Source: Felis catus (Eukaryota). From it: 64,000 nt of DNA. Positions 62,653-64,000 of this stretch are shown here, one piece after another (position 1 is the stretch's first letter; every line of letters begins with the position of its first letter). Location of the stretch: NCBI RefSeq assembly GCF_018350175.1, contig NC_058368.1, positions 16,990,001 through 17,054,000 on the forward strand, in the 5' to 3' direction. The translations under genes were made by a program, and so were the position numbers. Below the pieces are notes generated by a model. The model did no database searches. It was not told the DNA's origin and saw only the letters and a program-made list of their open reading frames with translations.

Positions 62653-62875
62653 GGGGCGCCTGGGTGGCGCAGTCGGTTAAGCGTCTGACTTCAGCCAGGT
62701 CACGATCTCGTGGTCCGGGAGTTCGAGCCCCGCGTCAGGCTCTGGGCTGATGGCTCAGAGCCTGGAGCCTGTTTCCGATTCTGTGTCTCCCTCTCTCTCT
62801 GCCCCTCCCCTGTGCAAGCTCTGTCTCTCTCTGTCCCAAAAATAAATAAACGTTGAAAAAAAATTTTTTTTTAAA
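62653..62875 (+). mobile_element. Young felid CAN-SINE inserted in the tail of the older SINE
   Basis: CpG-rich SINEC_Fc-type head. Confidence 0.96.
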
Positions 62876-63236
62876 TAGTAAAAAAAAATAAATAAATAAT
62901 AAAAAATAAAATAAAATAAAAATAAATGTGAACATTCTTATATATCATTCCTGGTGCACATATGCACAATTTAATACCTAGTACTGGAATGCACAATTCC
63001 AACTTGTTTGCCAAAGTTGTTGTGGTAATTTATAATACTAAAAAGTATTTGGGAGTCTTGTGTCTTCCCAAACTTTAGTATTAATAGACTTTAAATTTTT
63101 TTCAACTTGATAAGAATAACGGTGTCATTGTGTTTTTGCATTTTCTTGTTTATTAGTAAAGGTGAGCGACTGTCCATATGTTTAATCGTTATTTGCATTA
63201 CCTCTTAAGTAAAATGCATACTCTTGTTACACTGTC

Positions 63237-63430
63237 TTTTTTAAAATTTTTTTAATGTTTATTTTTTGATGGGGGGAGGGACAGAGAAAAAGGGAGACAC
63301 AGAATCTGAAGCAGGCTCCAGCCTCTGAGCTGTCAAGCACAGAGTCCAATGAGGGGCTTGAACCCAAGAACCGTGAGATCATGATGTGAATGAAGTCAGA
63401 CACTTAACCAACTGAGCCACCCAGGCGCCC
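63237..63430 (-). mobile_element. CAN-SINE
   Basis: Antisense ...cacttaaccaactgagccacccaggcgcccc. Confidence 0.93.
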
Positions 63431-63629
63431 CTACCCTTTCTTTTTATATTAAGTTTGAAGAGGCATTTCATGGACTTTCTAGATATTGATCCTCATCAGT
63501 TGTTTATGTTTCCTATACCTCCTCTCAGTCTCTGGCTTGCTATTTCACCTTACTTCATTGTGTCTTTTGAATAACATAAATTCTTAATTTTAGTAAGTAG
63601 AAATTATCAGTTTTTCCTTTAGTTCATAT

Positions 63630-64000
63630 AATTTCAGAGGTAAATATTGTCAGGGCTTGAAGAAACAATTTCTATTCTTCACAAACTGCTTTCAAGTATT
63701 TCAAAAAATAAGGAATCAACCTAATTCATTTCATAAAACATGAAGCATGGATGCTTCTTTTAAAAAGCATTAGGAAGTATTAATTTGATAAGAAAATTTA
63801 ATAAGGACAATATAAAAAAAGAAAACCATAATCACATCTAACTTATAAACAAAAACATAAGTAAATTAGCTAAATTCTAGAAAGTAAAACACAATAGTGT
63901 ATTAGAAATATGCATCATAACCAAGTAGATTTGTCCTAGAAATATAAAGATAGCTCATTATAAAAAGAAAAGAAATAAATGTAATTCACTATAAAAACAA
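63630..64000 (+). mobile_element. Ancient L1 ORF2 (start of RT region) relic
   Basis: ctattcttcacaaact...cctaattcatttcataa...catcataaccaagtagatttgtcctagaaatataaag. Confidence 0.6.

Larger units (their letters stand above)
62110..63620 (-). mobile_element. Old L1ME-like 3' region split by SINEs
   Basis: tttgagctttatttaaatggatatatt...gtatttggcttctttc; tgtttttgcattttcttgtttattagtaaaggtgagc. Confidence 0.7.

Noticed and set aside
1..64000. CRISPR array, operon or other prokaryote-type novel system
   Set aside because: Mammalian repeat-rich DNA; the recurring ~200-bp units are dispersed SINEs with TSDs, not regularly spaced repeats, and there are no intact genes

Overview
Mammalian nuclear DNA, almost certainly from a felid: the window carries about 30 carnivore tRNA-derived CAN-SINEs, five of them young, CpG-rich, near-identical SINEC_Fc-type copies, plus carnivore/felid L1 3' ends. 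It is AT-rich and dominated by repeats, and is either intergenic or deep inside a long intron. It contains a decayed ERV-L gag-pro-pol fragment (1-1830, minus), many L1 fragments of different ages (one 4.9 kb 5'-truncated carnivore L1 with a dead RT), L2 and MIR relics, MaLR/ERVL solo LTRs (MLT1, MLT2, LTR16), hAT DNA-transposon relics (MER5, MER63, Charlie-like) and large compound microsatellites. I recognise no host protein-coding exon, tRNA or rRNA gene; the recognisable ORFs in the track come from repeats or low-complexity DNA. I see no evidence of a new multi-gene system. The best leads are a strong minus-strand recursive-splice-site motif with a poison RS-exon at about 48.49 kb, several unusual retrotransposition or repair structures (twin-primed L1, three-level nested L1, SINE with a duplicated head and captured filler, SINE-L1 fusion), a nested degenerate palindrome at 45.4 kb and a few candidate regulatory patches. 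Repeat subfamily names come from recalled consensus sequences, boundaries are approximate, and both need RepeatMasker/Dfam confirmation.
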